In this document: one piece after another, positions 39,819 through 51,271 of the stretch | Layout: each line of letters opens with the position of its first letter | Numbering within the stretch: the stretch's first letter is position 1 | Assembly: GCA_964035545.1 (NCBI GenBank) | Contig: CAXIUT010000255.1 | Coordinates: forward strand, 28,587-92,586 | Reading direction: 5' to 3' | Source of the DNA: Bugula neritina | Taxonomy: Eukaryota; Animalia; Bryozoa | DNA length: 64,000 bases | The notes under the pieces: generated by a model | What the model saw: only the letters and a program-made list of their open reading frames with translations | Told to the model about the DNA's origin: nothing | Database searches by the model: none | Position numbers and translations under genes: made by a program

Positions 39819-41612
39819 ATGAAAGGAATCAAAGTCCTACTTTTGATAGTAGTACTGCTTGGTTCTCTCAACGCATAGATGATCCAACTTGGATCTGATA
39901 GCATCTTTAGTAGCATCACGAAGGGATCAGATAACTCCATTTTCGAAAATGGAAATTCCATGGGAGGAAGTCCCAGTTCAGAAGCTGGAGGTTCTATCCT
40001 TGGAATTGGAAATTCTATGGGAAGAAATCCTAGTTTAGAAACTGGAGGATCTAATCTTGGAATGGGAAATTCCATTGGAGGAAATCCTAGTTTAGAAACT
40101 GGAGGATCTAATCTTGGAATGGGAAATTCTATGGGTGGAAGTCCCAGTTCAGAAGCTGGAGGTTCTAATCTTGGAATTGTTGACAATGGAAATATGCCAA
40201 AAGATAACTTAAATAGTATATTTGGAAATGGAAATAAAGATCCTGGTTCTGCCAACAATATTGATGGATCAAGTAATAGCTTCTTAGAAGATAGCAGTTC
40301 CATTGGTGGAAGTGGAAATATACTCAATGGTGATCTAAGTTCTATCTTTGGAAATCAAATTGCAGATAATAATTGTTCAAATCCACCATCACCACCACAT
40401 CCTTAACCTTAACCTGAACCACCACTGCCACCACCACATCCTTAACCTTAACCTGAACCACCACTGCCACCACCACATCCTTAACCTTAACCTGAACCAC
40501 CACTGCCACCACCACATCCTTAACCTTAACCTGAACCACCACTGCCACCACCACATCCTTAACCTTAACCTGAACCACCACTGCCACCACCACATCCTTA
40601 ACCTTAGCCTTAGCCTTAACCTTATCCTTAACCTTAACCTGAGCCACCACTACCACCACTTCCTTAACCTTAGCCTTAACCTTAACCTTAACCTGAGCCA
40701 CCACTACCACCACTTCCTTAACCTTAACCTGAACCTAATTTCCCACCAGAACAACCTCCCCCTCCTTAACCTCAACCTCCATCTTAACCATCTCCTCCAT
40801 CTTAACCACCACCACCTCCTCCTCCTTAACCACCTTCAGCACCAATTCCACCAAGAAAACCACCAGGTAGAAGATTTCCACCTGGAAAAAAACCTTGTAG
40901 AGGAGGAAAATGTAGAAGAGGAGGAAAATGTAGAAGAGGAGGAAGAAAACCTAGAAGAGGAGGAAGAAAACCTAGAAGAGGAGGAAAATGTAGAAGAGGA
41001 GGAAGAAAACCTAGAAGAGGAGGAAGAAAACCTAGAAGAGGAGGAAGAAAACCTAGAAGAGGAGGAAGAAAACCTAGAAGAGGAGGAAGAAAACCTAGAA
41101 GAGGAGGAAAATGTAGAAGAGGAGGAAGAAAACCTAGAAGAGGAGGAAGAAAACCTAGAAGAGGAGGTAGAAAACCTAGAAGAAATAGAAGACAACCAAG
41201 GAGAAAAAGACATCCTAAAAGAAATAGAAGACAACCAAGGAGAAGAAGACAACCAAAAAGAAATAGAAGACAACCAAAAAGAAAAAGACAGCCAAAAAGA
41301 AATAGAAGACAACCAAGGAGAAAAAGACATCCTAAAAGAAATAGAAGACAACCAAGGAGAAGAAGACAACCAAAAAGAAATAGAAGACAACCAAGGAGAA
41401 GAAGACAACCAAAAAGACATCGGCCAGCACCCAGAAGACATCGGCCAGCACCCAGAAGACATCGGCCAGCACCCAGAAGACATCGGCCAGCACCCAGAAG
41501 ACATCGGCCAGCACCCAGAAGACATCGGCCAGCTCCCAGAAGACACAGACCAACTTCTAGAAGAAGTGGAGGAAGAAGAGGAGGAGGAAGAAGATGTAGA
41601 AGACGTAGATGA
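39819..41612 (+). CDS. Secreted Pro/Arg block protein, paralog 3
   Basis: Same signal peptide and N-domain; (PEPEPEPPLPPPH)n, (PRRGGRK)n, (RRHRPAP)n and RRGGGRRCRRRR; TGA at 41610-41612 in frame. Confidence 0.85.
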
Positions 41613-41771
41613 TCTACTATCTTTACTTTTAATTATATATTTTTGAACCAAATAGTAATAATTAATGATTATTGATTCTAAACTATGAATTTAAAGAATA
41701 AAAGTTGATAAGATAATAGTTATTATTGATAAATCGATATTGTTTTTGAAAATAAATCTATGAATAAAAAT

Positions 41772-41840
41772 GGGGTTGGGGTTGGGGTTGGGGTTGGGGT
41801 TGGGGTTGGGGTTGGGGTTGGGGTTGGGGTTGGGGTTGGG
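41772..41840 (+). repeat. Internal telomeric tract (GGGGTT)11GGG
   Basis: 69 bp perfect repeat downstream of paralog 3. Confidence 0.95.
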
Positions 41841-42227
41841 TATTTTCAGTCATTAAGAGTCATTTTTTTAATCTTTTCTGACCAATAGCATCTATCAATA
41901 TGGTGTCTTTGTTCTTTTTTACTTACTTTTTTGCTTTAAATCTTCAATTATTCTCATTTGCAGATTGAATTCTATCGAATTATGTTTTTGATCTATCTGA
42001 TTTTGAGACATTTTCACTACTTTTTTTGATTCTAAATGATGTTTTTTGTTCTCTCTATCGATCTATTTTTATATCTAAAGATTAAATATCGCCTATTAAA
42101 AAAAATAAACTACTTTATTCATGTGTTTTAATCAACTTTAGAAAACTTTTCAATATTTAATGATGTATTGATGATCATTTATCTTAAGAAAAATAATATT
42201 TTATTGATATAAAATCATAAGTTAGAT

Positions 42228-42299
42228 GGGGTTGGGGGGTTGGGGTTGGGGTTGGGGTTGGGGTTGGGGTTGGGGTTGGGGTTGGGGGTTGGGGTTGGG
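42228..42299 (+). repeat. Internal telomeric tract (slightly irregular) flanked by a 43-bp direct duplication
   Basis: 72 bp tract; 42185-42227 equals 42300-42342. Confidence 0.9.
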
Positions 42300-42567
42300 T
42301 AAGAAAAATAATATTTTATTGATATAAAATCATAAGTTAGATTAAATTTCTTCTGACAAACAATTTGATTTATTTTTTTTATAAAAAAATCAAATATTTT
42401 TCTTTTTTCGACCTCTGAAAAAGGCATTAATGTAAATGCTATAAGCATAAATATGAATTGGAATTAAATTAAAAATAATCGAAATATTAGCATATAGTAT
42501 TATTATAGTAAATAGGAGAATAATATGTTTATTCAATGATATATTATTTGATTGATCATATTGATAA

Positions 42568-43386
42568 ATGAATAATCAATTCTAGAAAGCAAGATTAACT
42601 ATACAAGACTGCTCTTTCCCTAATTTTTATAAAGAATAACGAAATAAGCAAAAATAAAGTCACAAAAAAGGTATTATTAGTCTTCAGTCATAATCACTTC
42701 ACAATAAACACAAATAACACATTATGAAACATAAATAGAATAGTCGTTAGATAAATGAAATCAAACAGTAATAAAACAAGTTAAAATATCAAAAAGGGAA
42801 ATCACTTAATGGCTATTAGTTTGGTTTGTTGCAGAAATAAATATATTTTCCTAGTTTGCCTTCAAAGAAATAGACAAATAATAATAATTCATAAGAAGGA
42901 ATAAGATCTTACAGTTCAACTAAGCTGATCCCAAGTCATCATCATCATAAGCAGTAACGCAGAAAGGCAGAAAGCCATATATTTAGGATGCAATAAAACT
43001 TATAAAGAGTTTAAAAAAACATGAAAAAGATCACAATAAACTAACTAAAGACAACATAATTTTAAAATAAAGAAATAAAAGTGGATCTTAAGTTGAAGAA
43101 ATTGTCTTCTTTCAAATCAAAAATGACATCTAATGGTAAAAATCATTTGAACAGGTTGACAAATGGTGTTTTGATACCAGAATAGTTACATAGTTAGAGG
43201 TGTTAGTAAAAGTTATATGATAATAATAATTTCAATTTACAGATGAAGAACACTGTGAGGTTTTAATTTGATAGCAATCTTCATGTTTAAAAAAACAAAT
43301 AAAAGTAAATAGAAAAGAAAAAACAGTATAAAATTTAAGGATGGTAATAGGATAGGTAGTTCGTGCCTATAGGATTTTATATGTGA
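42568..43386 (+). CDS. Hypothetical orphan protein, copy 2
   Basis: Paralog of 34253-35068 with one extra codon. Confidence 0.55.
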
Positions 43387-43425
43387 TTTATCTTAGTTAT
43401 TTTATTTATTTTAAATCTATTAATA

Positions 43426-45291
43426 TCATTCCACTTTGTTGGCTGTTGATTTATCGAGTTTGCTTAGCATTTAGACCTGTTTGGCTGGATGTTCAGGTGA
43501 ATTTATTTTTTAATCTGTTTACTACTTGAATAATTGTTTAGATGTTTTTTTCTATATTATTTTAGGATGTTAATGTTTTATTTCACTTTTTTTCATACTC
43601 TATAATCCTAAATCTTGTTATTTAAGTGTTGATCTTTAAGGACCTTTTATTTTACCTAGAATTTTATCTTTGAATTGTTCTTGATGGTTGAACTGAGAAA
43701 GATATGATCCATATTTACTATCACTAGCTAGAAATTGTAATCTTATATTTTTTTATATTTATCTTTATCTTTTTATTTTATCTCTTAACTATCTGGCAGT
43801 CTATAAATATTGATCGCTACTATCAATATGATTTTTAATGGCTATTCCTCTCATATGTTGATACTATGTGCCTTTAGCTATTTATTAGTAATGTTTTTAA
43901 TAATATTTTAGATTTCTATTTTCCATTTATCTTAAAGATAATTTATTAAGATGATTATTAATCGAAGAATAGGGATAACTAAGATCGATGCCTATGATAT
44001 TATTTTTAATATTGGTTGTATCTTATTGAATGCTGATTCTATGTTATAATCTTTTGAGTCGATCGCTTTATATTTATATTTATGCTGTTTTTCTCATAAA
44101 TTACTGATATTATTACTATACTTTCTTCTTAGCTAGCCATTCTTATCTTTATTTTGCTCTATTATTGGTTTATATTTATTTTTGTAATTGAATATTCAAT
44201 TTTTACTGTTAGTAGTTTATTTTAACCTTTTATAAACTTACAGATTGCTGGATTAGTAAATTTTAATCTATCTATTTTTATTATTCCTAGATCTATTTTA
44301 TTTTCTATCTTATCCTTTGATATTTCTACTACTTATTCTATTTTTGTTCGTATTTATCAATTTTATTATGATTATTGATATTAATCTGATTGTTGATATT
44401 ACTTTTATTATGATTATTATTCTGATTGTTGATATTACTTTTATTATGATTATTATTCCAATTGTTGATATTATTCCAATTGTTGATATTATTCTTATTT
44501 GAGAGGTGTTTTTAAAATTCCTATCCAAAAGTAATCTGTTTTGGTATTTTTCTTTTGTTGGTTTATTTTATTTTATTTTGATATTCTCTATCTTTCCCTT
44601 ATAATCCTTAAATAGTCCATTTCAATTGATATTAATTGACTTTACCGTCTATTTTGAAATTAAGCACTTCAACTAACTTCTATACCTGTCTCTGATTGAC
44701 ATCGTAACCGTAATTTTTCATAAATTTATATATATCTTCCCCGCAAATCCAATTATGTCTGTTTTAATCTATTGCCAGTACTACTCCATGAAGAGAATAA
44801 TCCTAGTTCCTTAGTAATGTCCTTCTTATCTAGACTATCTTCATTTATCTACGCATTATCTATAAAATCAACTATCTGAAGATGTCTAGTTGCTGTAGGA
44901 TTGTTTGAGGTTGTGAACTTTACAACTCTGGTCTTTATACCCTTTGGGCTACTAACTAACGTAGTTAAAGGTCGTCTCTGGGTAAAAGAAAAGTAGCAAA
45001 TTATAGTCTGCTGACTTATCCTGTCTTTAGATTATCAATCCAGCTGAAAGCATAGGTAAGTAGTTTTTTATGCGAGGTGCCTATGACTTTTTGAATATCT
45101 TTTTCACAAATATATCCTTTTTACTATTTATCAAGGAATCGGAACAATGCTATTGAGTCGAAGTATGGAGTATCAGCTAGAGCTTATCTAAATGATTAAA
45201 TAGATTAGTTGAGAAGTAGTAGTTATGCGAATATATTAGCTAGAAGGGTTCTTGATTTGATAGAAAGCATGTTTTGTTGATAGTAGGCCAT
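43426..45291 (-). CDS. EF-hand domain protein, copy 2
   Basis: Paralog of 35108-36922 with an expanded internal low-complexity repeat near 44360-44500. Confidence 0.65.
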
Positions 45292-45443
45292 GATAGAGTT
45301 GTTAACTTATTTTATACTTAAAATTATATTATTGATTATATATTATTCTAATAAATCTATTGATGATATATTATTCTAATAAATCTATTGATGATATATT
45401 ATTCTAATAAATTTATTGATGATATATTATTCTAATAAATCTA

Positions 45444-47092
45444 TCAAATGGGACTTTATTCTTATTTTTATAACTACTATTTTGTCATTTACTTCTTCAA
45501 TTATTCATTCTTTATATCATTTTATCCAATTTTTTATGTCTAATTTTATTCCTTTATAATTTCTTTATCAACAACCTTTTTATTTGATTATTAGTATTTT
45601 TAGTTATTTTATAATGATAATTCTGATAGTTTGATTTTATTAGTTTATTTTTTGTATATATTTTTTTATAATTATTTGAAGGCATTTTCTAGTCTTTAGA
45701 AGAAAAGAAATATTTATTTATTTTTTGTTCCTACAGCACAAGCAAAGGTAATATAAGGCAAAGAGTCATAATTATTAGAATGTGTTCCATAGTTTTTAAA
45801 GCTATTATTCCCTATTTTAGTTATTTTTTATGAAGATGACAAGATACGATGACCCATCACTCTCTTACTATACAAAATTGAACCTAATTGAGTAATATCT
45901 GCCTAATGTTTGTATTGTGATAAGTACATAGCTATAGATATTGTATTATTTGGTGTTTTTAAAATAGTGCAGTTGTGTTTTAATGCAAATTTTTATCCTT
46001 ACTTTAATAGTTATTTATAGTTATTCTTTCTTTATGTTTTTAGCTATTGGATTGTAGATTTTCCCATTGATAAAAGAGTTATAAAAAGGTCTGTAATTGG
46101 ACTGCCGCTTGCTCTTCCTGGATATTTTGATGAAACTATATGACTAAATTATTACTTTTATCTAATAGAGAAGATTATTTACAGAAGATGAAGGATCCCC
46201 CGACTGGGACCATGAAATTTTTATCTGTGCTTTGAACTACTACTGTGCATTACCCTTTAGACATTCCTTACTTGATTAGATGGGCTATTTTAGAACACCA
46301 AATGCCGTAAGCATTATTGACTACATGAAATAATTAATATTTTTTTGCCAAAATAGATATCTAATCTACTCTATCAGGTATCCTAGGAGCAAAACAGCTA
46401 GTAGTTGACATAACAGCTAAAACATTTTATATACCGAGTTCTTTGATCTTCTTTTCAATAGCTTAGACATCAGAGTAGAGATAGTCTCCTTATTTTTTGA
46501 GCTATATTACGATTGGAGTGAGATTTGCACTTATGATTGATTTTAGACATGTTTTTTGGTCGATTCTTGACCAAATCACATACTTTTTATCTGGATTTAA
46601 AGAGTGTAAGGTTAGTAGTGCTAAAGTTAAAGACATTCCTGTTGCCAGAGGGAGTAAAAGAACATCTTCTACAAATTAATATTTCAGTTGATGTAGAGCA
46701 CTTACAGCTAAGTATCTAGTTAGTTGTAGTAAAAGACTGCTTCCTGCTGCTTTTGGCTGATTTGCCATTACATCACCACTACGACCTATATATGATATTA
46801 TTCTACCTATGCCGTGACCCATGTGAAAATGTCTCTCTGCGACTAATCTAGAGTATATTCTGGATTATCTCTAGCCAACGCCAACTTTATTGTCGAAGTT
46901 ATTGCTGTCCATGAGGGCAAAAGAATCGAGGATATAGCGAATGGTGAGCTAGTCGAGAGGTTGGAGGGGAAGCTGTCGTTGCGAGAGGATTTATTTGAGT
47001 ACTTTTTATCTTTTGTTAATGGAATTCTGAGCCAGACGTATATAAGAAGGAGTGATGATGTCTTCAGCAAGTTTGAAGTTTTTATCGTCCAT
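45444..47092 (-). CDS. SEPSECS: O-phosphoseryl-tRNA(Sec) selenium transferase, copy 2
   Basis: Near-identical to copy 1, offset by 8370 bp. Confidence 0.92.
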
Positions 47093-48197
47093 ATTTTATA
47101 CTAACTAGATGTAACTATTCATTAGATATAACTATTGATATGATATAACTATCAATAAGATGAAACTATTGATAAGATGTAACTATTGATCGATTCTTTA
47201 CTATAAATATCACAGAAGAAGCTATCAGTCTTCTAAACAAACGCTTTGTACCTTCTAGTATTGTTTGATAAAATCATATTCCTTTGGCAACTACCTAAGA
47301 CAGTTACTATCTTTGTCTAAAATCCTTTTTCTTTATTCTAAATTTGATTGATTTTTTGTTTGAATTTTAATTCTTGGAATATTAAGTTAGTTAGCTGACT
47401 AAGTAGACGGTGTCGACTGTGGTAGTATACTCTCTTTTTTATCTCACTTTGAAAGTATTGAGACCTCATTGATCTCCCAACCGACTAGCCAATACTGATA
47501 ACCTTGACTGCATGTTTTTTTTATCTTTCAAAAGCTTCGAATCGATAAGCCAACTCTTTTCGATCTACAAGAAAGCTTTAATCCTTGACTATTTGTTTTT
47601 ATAAGTATCAACTCAATGTCATTAATGATCCTTTCGAAAAATAGTCTCTTAAAGACAACCATCATAGACCAAGATTCTTGATTATCCATTTGTTTTAGAT
47701 AAAATAATTATTGATGGACGGTTCTTCTAGAGCTAGAGTTGCTTCAAACTAGAAGAAGAACTTGGGATAACTCGAATCGACATCACTCATTGTGTTTTAT
47801 GGAATAAAAAAAAAAAAAAATAACTTCGACTTTTGAAGATCTTCAAAAAAAAAAACATTTTATTTGATCAATATTGACTAATCCATCTCGTATTAGTTTT
47901 TATTAACAATATTTTTCAAAAGATATTCAATACAAAATTGCTTTAAACCACAATTTATTTGTTTCACCTTTTTTTGGATGAGTAAAAATAAACATAAAAA
48001 TAGCAAAGTAAATTAGTCATTAAAGTTTTAATTTGTTATTTTATTATCAATGTTCTTGCTCTCATTTGTAGTTTTTCTATAGAACACATAGAAAAATATT
48101 TTCTTTAGAACATTATAACTGATAATTAAAAGCAAGTGATTTTCTTAGATAAATAGAAGCTTTTTTTAGAATCCTTATATATATATATTCTTCTTCT

Positions 48198-49265
48198 ATG
48201 AAAAGAATCGAAGTCCTACTTCTGATAGTAGTACTGCTTGGTTCTCTCAATGCCTATATGATCTAGCCTGGATCTAATGACATATTTAGCAACTTCATGT
48301 AGGGATCTGATAACTCTATGAACAACAATATGCTTTTTGAAAATGAAGATTCAATGGTTGGATCAGATAATGGCTTCTTAGAAAATAGCAATTCTATGGA
48401 AGGAAATGGAAATATACCCAATGGAAATCTAAATTCTATCTTTGGTACTGATTAGTGTGAAACAATTCCTCATCCACAACAACCACCTTGCAGTTCTTGC
48501 CCATCAGGGGTTTGTCCAACTCCTGTCTGTTAAAATCCACCAACCCCACCACCACCACCACCACCACCACCACCACCACCACCACCACCACCACCACCGC
48601 CTTAACCTGAACCTTGTGAACCTTATTATCCACCAGAACCACCCTATCCTTAACCTCATGACCCTTATTGTCCACCAGAACCGCCATCTCCTCCACCTCC
48701 TTAGCCACCTTTACCACCAACAAGGCCACCACCTTTGCCACCAACAAGGCCACCACCTTTGCCACCAACAAGGCCACCAATAAGGTGTCCACCAAGAAGA
48801 TGTCCCCCTCCAAGAAGACCTCCAACAAAATGCCCTCCTCGAAGAAGACCCTCACCTCCAAGAAGAGGCGGAGGAAGAAGAGGCGGAGGTAGAAGAGGCG
48901 GAGGAAGAAGAGGCGGAGGAAGAAGAAGACCTCCAAAAAAATGCCCTCCTCGAAGAAGACCCTCACCACCAAGAAGAGGCGGAGGTAGAAGAGGTGGAGG
49001 AAGAAGAGGTGGAGGAAGAAGAGGTGGAGGAAGAAGAAGACCTCCAAAAAAATGCCCTCCTCGAAGAAGACCCTCACCACCAAGAAGAGGCGGAGGTAGA
49101 AGAGGTGGAGGAAGAAGAGGTGGAGGAAGAAGAGGTGGAGGAAGAAGAAGACCTCCAAAAAAATGCCCTCCTCGACGAAGACCTACAAGAAAAAGTCCTC
49201 CTCGAAGAAGACCCTCACCACCAAGAAGAGGCGGAGGAAGAAGAGGGTGTAGAAGACGTAAATGA
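48198..49265 (+). CDS. Secreted Pro/Arg block protein, paralog 4 (short N-domain, Cys-containing)
   Basis: MKRIEVLLLIVVLLGSLNA; CSSCPSGVCPTP; polyPro; (PPTRPPPL)n; (KKCPPRRRPSPPRRGGGRRGGG)n; ends RRGCRRRK-TGA. Confidence 0.85.
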
Positions 49266-49428
49266 TCTACTTGCTTGCTTTACTATTTTTACTTTTAAGA
49301 AGCTAGAGTGTTAGTTTTTTTATTAAAGTCGCATGAATAGAATAAAACATATTTATTGCACTTTATTTAGCTATCTTATAATATCTATCTAAATTTATAT
49401 CTGTAAAAATAATCATTTTTATAATATC

Positions 49429-49503
49429 GGGGTTGGGGTTGGGGTTGGGGTTGGGGTTGGGGTTGGGGTTGGGGTTGGGGTTGGGGTTGGGGTTGGGGTT
49501 GGG
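49429..49503 (+). repeat. Internal telomeric tract (GGGGTT)12GGG
   Basis: 75 bp perfect repeat downstream of paralog 4. Confidence 0.95.
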
Positions 49504-49567
49504 AAAATTAACTTTTTTTGATTAGTGGTCACCAAAGGGACAATATTCGATACTAGGACATTTAGAG

Positions 49568-50670
49568 ATGTCTAATTCCTTATATGAGAGATGGAATATA
49601 TAATCTAATTTAATATTTAGAACAAATGATTCTCATATTTAAAATAATGTTATCTTGGAATATCAATTATCATTGAACAACGATGGAATAGATAGAAATT
49701 TGGCTATTAAACTAGATTTCAACTATCAATAAGTTGCAGATGTAAGATCATCTGATGAATAATTTCTAGTCTTATCAGTTAATGTGGTCTTGTTCGCTAT
49801 CTCTTTTATCTTATTCTTGAACTTTCTTAAATATTCTATTTCATCTGATGTAGTCTTGATGTAATATTTTACCTTATCGCTCCCCTCCAATTTTATCAAT
49901 AACTTAGAATTTTATGAATAACTTTCAAAAATATTTAGTCTAATGCATGTTTATTTTAAGAAGAATCACCACCAGCAAAAAAATAAATAAGAAAAGACTT
50001 ATCATTTTAGCATATCCTTAGATGTTTAAATTATCTTTGAGGTTTATCTTATTCTTATCTTAATAAACTTTGATATCATAATAGATAATAATTTATTTAT
50101 TTGAATTAAAAAGAATAAATAAAGTCTAATATATCTTTAAAAATAATTTCATAAACTTTTCTTATTAATTCGATATTGTTTCTTTACTTGATGCTTGATT
50201 TTTCTATTCTTGTTCCAAAGTAAATTAAGTTTTCTATGATTCTTTTTACCTTATATATTACTTTACCTTTCATTTAGTTACCTTCTTCTTTGTCAGTAGA
50301 TAAAGAAATAATGTTTTTACTGTTATTGAAAAGTACTTTATTGATAATAAATTGTATTAAAAGGAAAAAAGTCAAACTGAAAAGAAAATCAATAAAATAA
50401 CCTTAAAATTAGCTGATAAAATAGATGTTGGGGTAGATAGTTGGTTTTTTGTATCTACTTATGTCGATTTATTCTTAACTCTTCTTTAATAATTATCTAC
50501 TTCTTAGTAACAAGAAAGAAATAGTTGATATAAAAGTGAGTACTGATTAAAAAATAAGTGAAAACAAAAATTAAAAAATAAGTGAAAACAAAAATAAATT
50601 TGAATCTGAATATTCCAAAATGCTAATCAAAGATGATATGAATCAACATTTGATAATAAATGTATATTGA
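49568..50670 (+). other. Possible multi-pass membrane protein gene or gene relic
   Basis: Open hydrophobic stretches (VLSVNVVLFAISFILFLNFL; FLINSILFLYLMLDFSILV) with a frame change near 50100 that I could not assign to an intron. Confidence 0.3.
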
Positions 50671-51271
50671 AAGTTTTATTAATGAAAAAGACAACTATAA
50701 ATGAGAGAAGAGATATGTTCCTGACTTTTTAATGATAATTATCATCAAATAATATAATTGTTACTTATTAATTTTGTAACTATTTTTGTTTGTTACCATT
50801 AAGATAAGATAAGATCGTATTATAATCATCATAGTTATTTAGGTTGGATTGAACATTATCGAGAATATTAGTTGTTCTGAGAAGTATAACTTTATCTTAT
50901 TGATGCAAAATCACACTTTTTATTATGAATAAACAATCAAAAGAACTGATTTCGCAAGTCGAATAGAACTAATGATCACTTCTGTTGTGATCTTGAACTT
51001 ATAATATAGTCAATAAATTGTTTTAATCAACTATTTTCCATCTTTTCTAAAAATCCATCAGTAAAAAGATTATAAGTTTTATCGAAATAAATATATGAAT
51101 CAAGGTTTAGTTTGTTATTAAGGATAAATTTTGTTATTCCCATTTGCAGTTTCGGTATAGAAGCCTTAAAAAATAATATTTGATGGAACATTATAATCTA
51201 TAATTAAAATCAAGTGATTTTAGATGATAAATGGAAGCTTTATTTAGAATATTTTACATTTATATTATTCT

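Larger units (their letters stand above)
33555..49330 (+). repeat. Tandem segmental duplication units 3 and 4 (period ~8.37 kb; spacer Y + orphan ORF + EF-hand gene + SEPSECS + block X + Pro/Arg gene)
   Basis: Identical ORF-track entries offset by 8370 bp (38127 vs 46497, 38473 vs 46843); flanks are collinear. Confidence 0.9.

Noticed and set aside
25307-49330. Transposon origin for the repeated units
   Set aside because: No transposase or reverse transcriptase, terminal inverted repeats or target-site duplications were seen; the units are plain tandem segmental duplications.
14300-49520. Tetrahymena-like chromosome breakage sequence near the internal telomeres
   Set aside because: Comparing the flanks by eye showed only AT-rich and TATC/GATA-rich DNA with no shared 15-mer. 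A motif search over many sites would be needed.
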